A stretch of 62,887 bases of DNA, counting the filler, from Globobulimina sp. (Eukaryota), in assembly GCA_003354225.1 (NCBI GenBank). It is 45 parts of 45 records of this genome, joined end to end, with 100 filler letters (N's around TTAATTAATTAA, not from the genome) between each part and the next. Parts side by side here need not be neighbours in the genome. Positions count along the whole stretch, not along the records: positions 61,590 to 62,887 come from PIVH01019154.1; 44 more parts are not named here. One strand, 5' to 3'. The position numbers and the translations under genes were made by a program. Every line of letters starts with the position of its first letter. Position 1 is the first letter of the stretch. The notes under the pieces were generated by a model. The model was not told the DNA's origin. It worked only from the letters and a program-made list of their open reading frames with translations, and did not search any database. Of this stretch, positions 61,590-62,887 are shown in pieces.

Positions 61590-62437
61590 AATTTACGGCA
61601 GACCACGCGTGATTCCTGCCCGATGGTCGCACTAAACATCATCACCTGTTTCGAATGTGGAGTTTTCTTGAAAATATCTTGCACCTGTTTCCGCATATCG
61701 ATTTGGTCCAACATGTTGTCACATTCATCGATGATGAATCTCTTCAAACGGTTCAAGCGCAACACGCCGGTCTCCAATAAATGACAGATGCGGCCGGGAG
61801 TACCGATCAAAATATGCGGCTTTTCTTCCAATATAACCCGCTTGGACTCCAAATAAGGAATACCGCCGTAGACGCACCCAATCTGCACGTCGGCCATGTA
61901 TTTGCTGAAACGCTCGAATTCGCCGAAGATCTGCGACGCCATTTCGCGAGTATGGCACAAAACGAGTGTGTCGATCACATCCGTGGCGGGCTGCACTTGC
62001 GCCAAAGTCGCCAACACGAACACCGCAGTCTTACCCATGCCGGACTTTGCCTGCACGATCATGTCCTGTCCCAAGATGGCTTTGGGGATGGCAGAGTGTT
62101 GCACTTCGGACGGATGCTCGAAACCGGCGTCGCCAATGGCACGCATTAATTCTTTCTTTAACATGAAGTCTTTGAAGGAGGAGGAGGCCAACGTGGCGTA
62201 GGAACCTCTGTGGTTTTGTACGTGTTGTTTGTTGCTCGCAAATTCGCATCAAAGGGGGAGGGATTTAGGATTACTGAACTTTGGATGGGAGGAGGCGTCG
62301 TTTTCGGTTTCGTGAGTTTGTTGCGTTTCGTCTTGGTCGGGGTCGAATTGGTCATCTTCGTCGTAATCGGCCAATTCTGTTTGTTGTTGTTCTCTGTCTT
62401 GGAATGTTGTGGGTTGCTGATCGGGATCGGTGGCCAT
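61590..62437 (-). CDS. UAP56: DECD-box RNA helicase UAP56/Sub2/DDX39; intron 62208-62279
   Basis: Spliced KGSYATLASSSFKDFMLK; GFEHPSEVQH, AKSGMGKT, CHTRE, DECD and MMFSAT. Confidence 0.97.
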
Positions 62438-62887
62438 TCGTTTTTCTTTTTTTTTGGGTCTGTTATCTGTAAATAATATTATATATAAAAATAAAAGTGT
62501 ACAATAAGGATAAATAAAAATAAACGTAAAATAAAAACATGTAAAAGGATGGGTTGAAAAATAAAATGATGAGTTGGAAAAAAAGAAAAAAGCAAAGTGT
62601 AAAACAAATGATGCCAAGACTTAAATTTAAATAAAAGATAAAATAAATTCGAAGCACTCATTGGTAATCTCAAATGCTCAGCAAATGCTCAATCTGGTTA
62701 AAAATAGGATGAATGGAATGGATTATTATCAGTGCATCTTTCGACATCCTATTTTATTTATTAATGCATCTTTTGACATCATAGACATAAATACAAATAC
62801 CAATTTGATGATAATTAATAAAACAACAATCATGCGATTAAACACTGCATTCCCGGTTGGTTTGGATGATACACCACGTCCAACAAC

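Overview
This window is not a contiguous locus. It is 45 unrelated, size-sorted contigs (1301 down to 1298 bp) joined by 100-bp artificial linkers (N44-TTAATTAATTAA-N44), so adjacency across linkers means nothing. Most contigs are AT-rich eukaryotic DNA in the standard code with short GT-AG introns (34-72 nt, one 169 nt). The gene families (7TM, SPRY-like, PLS-type PPR, a repeated Cys/His orphan family) suggest a protist, probably a foraminiferan/rhizarian (inference). At least one contig is bacterial (57394-58692), one is polinton/adintovirus-like (21008-22307) and a few look metazoan. Recognisable genes: Sec7/BIG ARF-GEF, bromodomain, SET, TMEM184, SAM, TPT transporter, ankyrin, rhodanese-DUSP, bubblegum acyl-CoA synthetase, amidohydrolase, class-V PLP enzyme, classical PTP, TTL-like, two PPRs, VAMP, ABCD, MGAT4, C-lectin-VWD, NADAR, nitrilase and UAP56. 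Many carry frameshifts or stops. Mobile DNA: a Penelope element with a hammerhead-like motif, a DIRS/Ngaro-like gag, a LINE with an esterase-like ORF1, a Helitron 3' end beside a 223-bp tandem array, a MITE and an IS66 remnant. The most interesting items are the polinton penton, the Penelope ribozyme variant, a gene folded back on a diverged inverted copy of its own 5' end, palindromic 4-5 nt frameshifting insertions, a Tyr/Asp-rich Cys-repeat protein and a shared orphan Cys/His motif family. All family calls come from motif recognition by eye; no searches were run.
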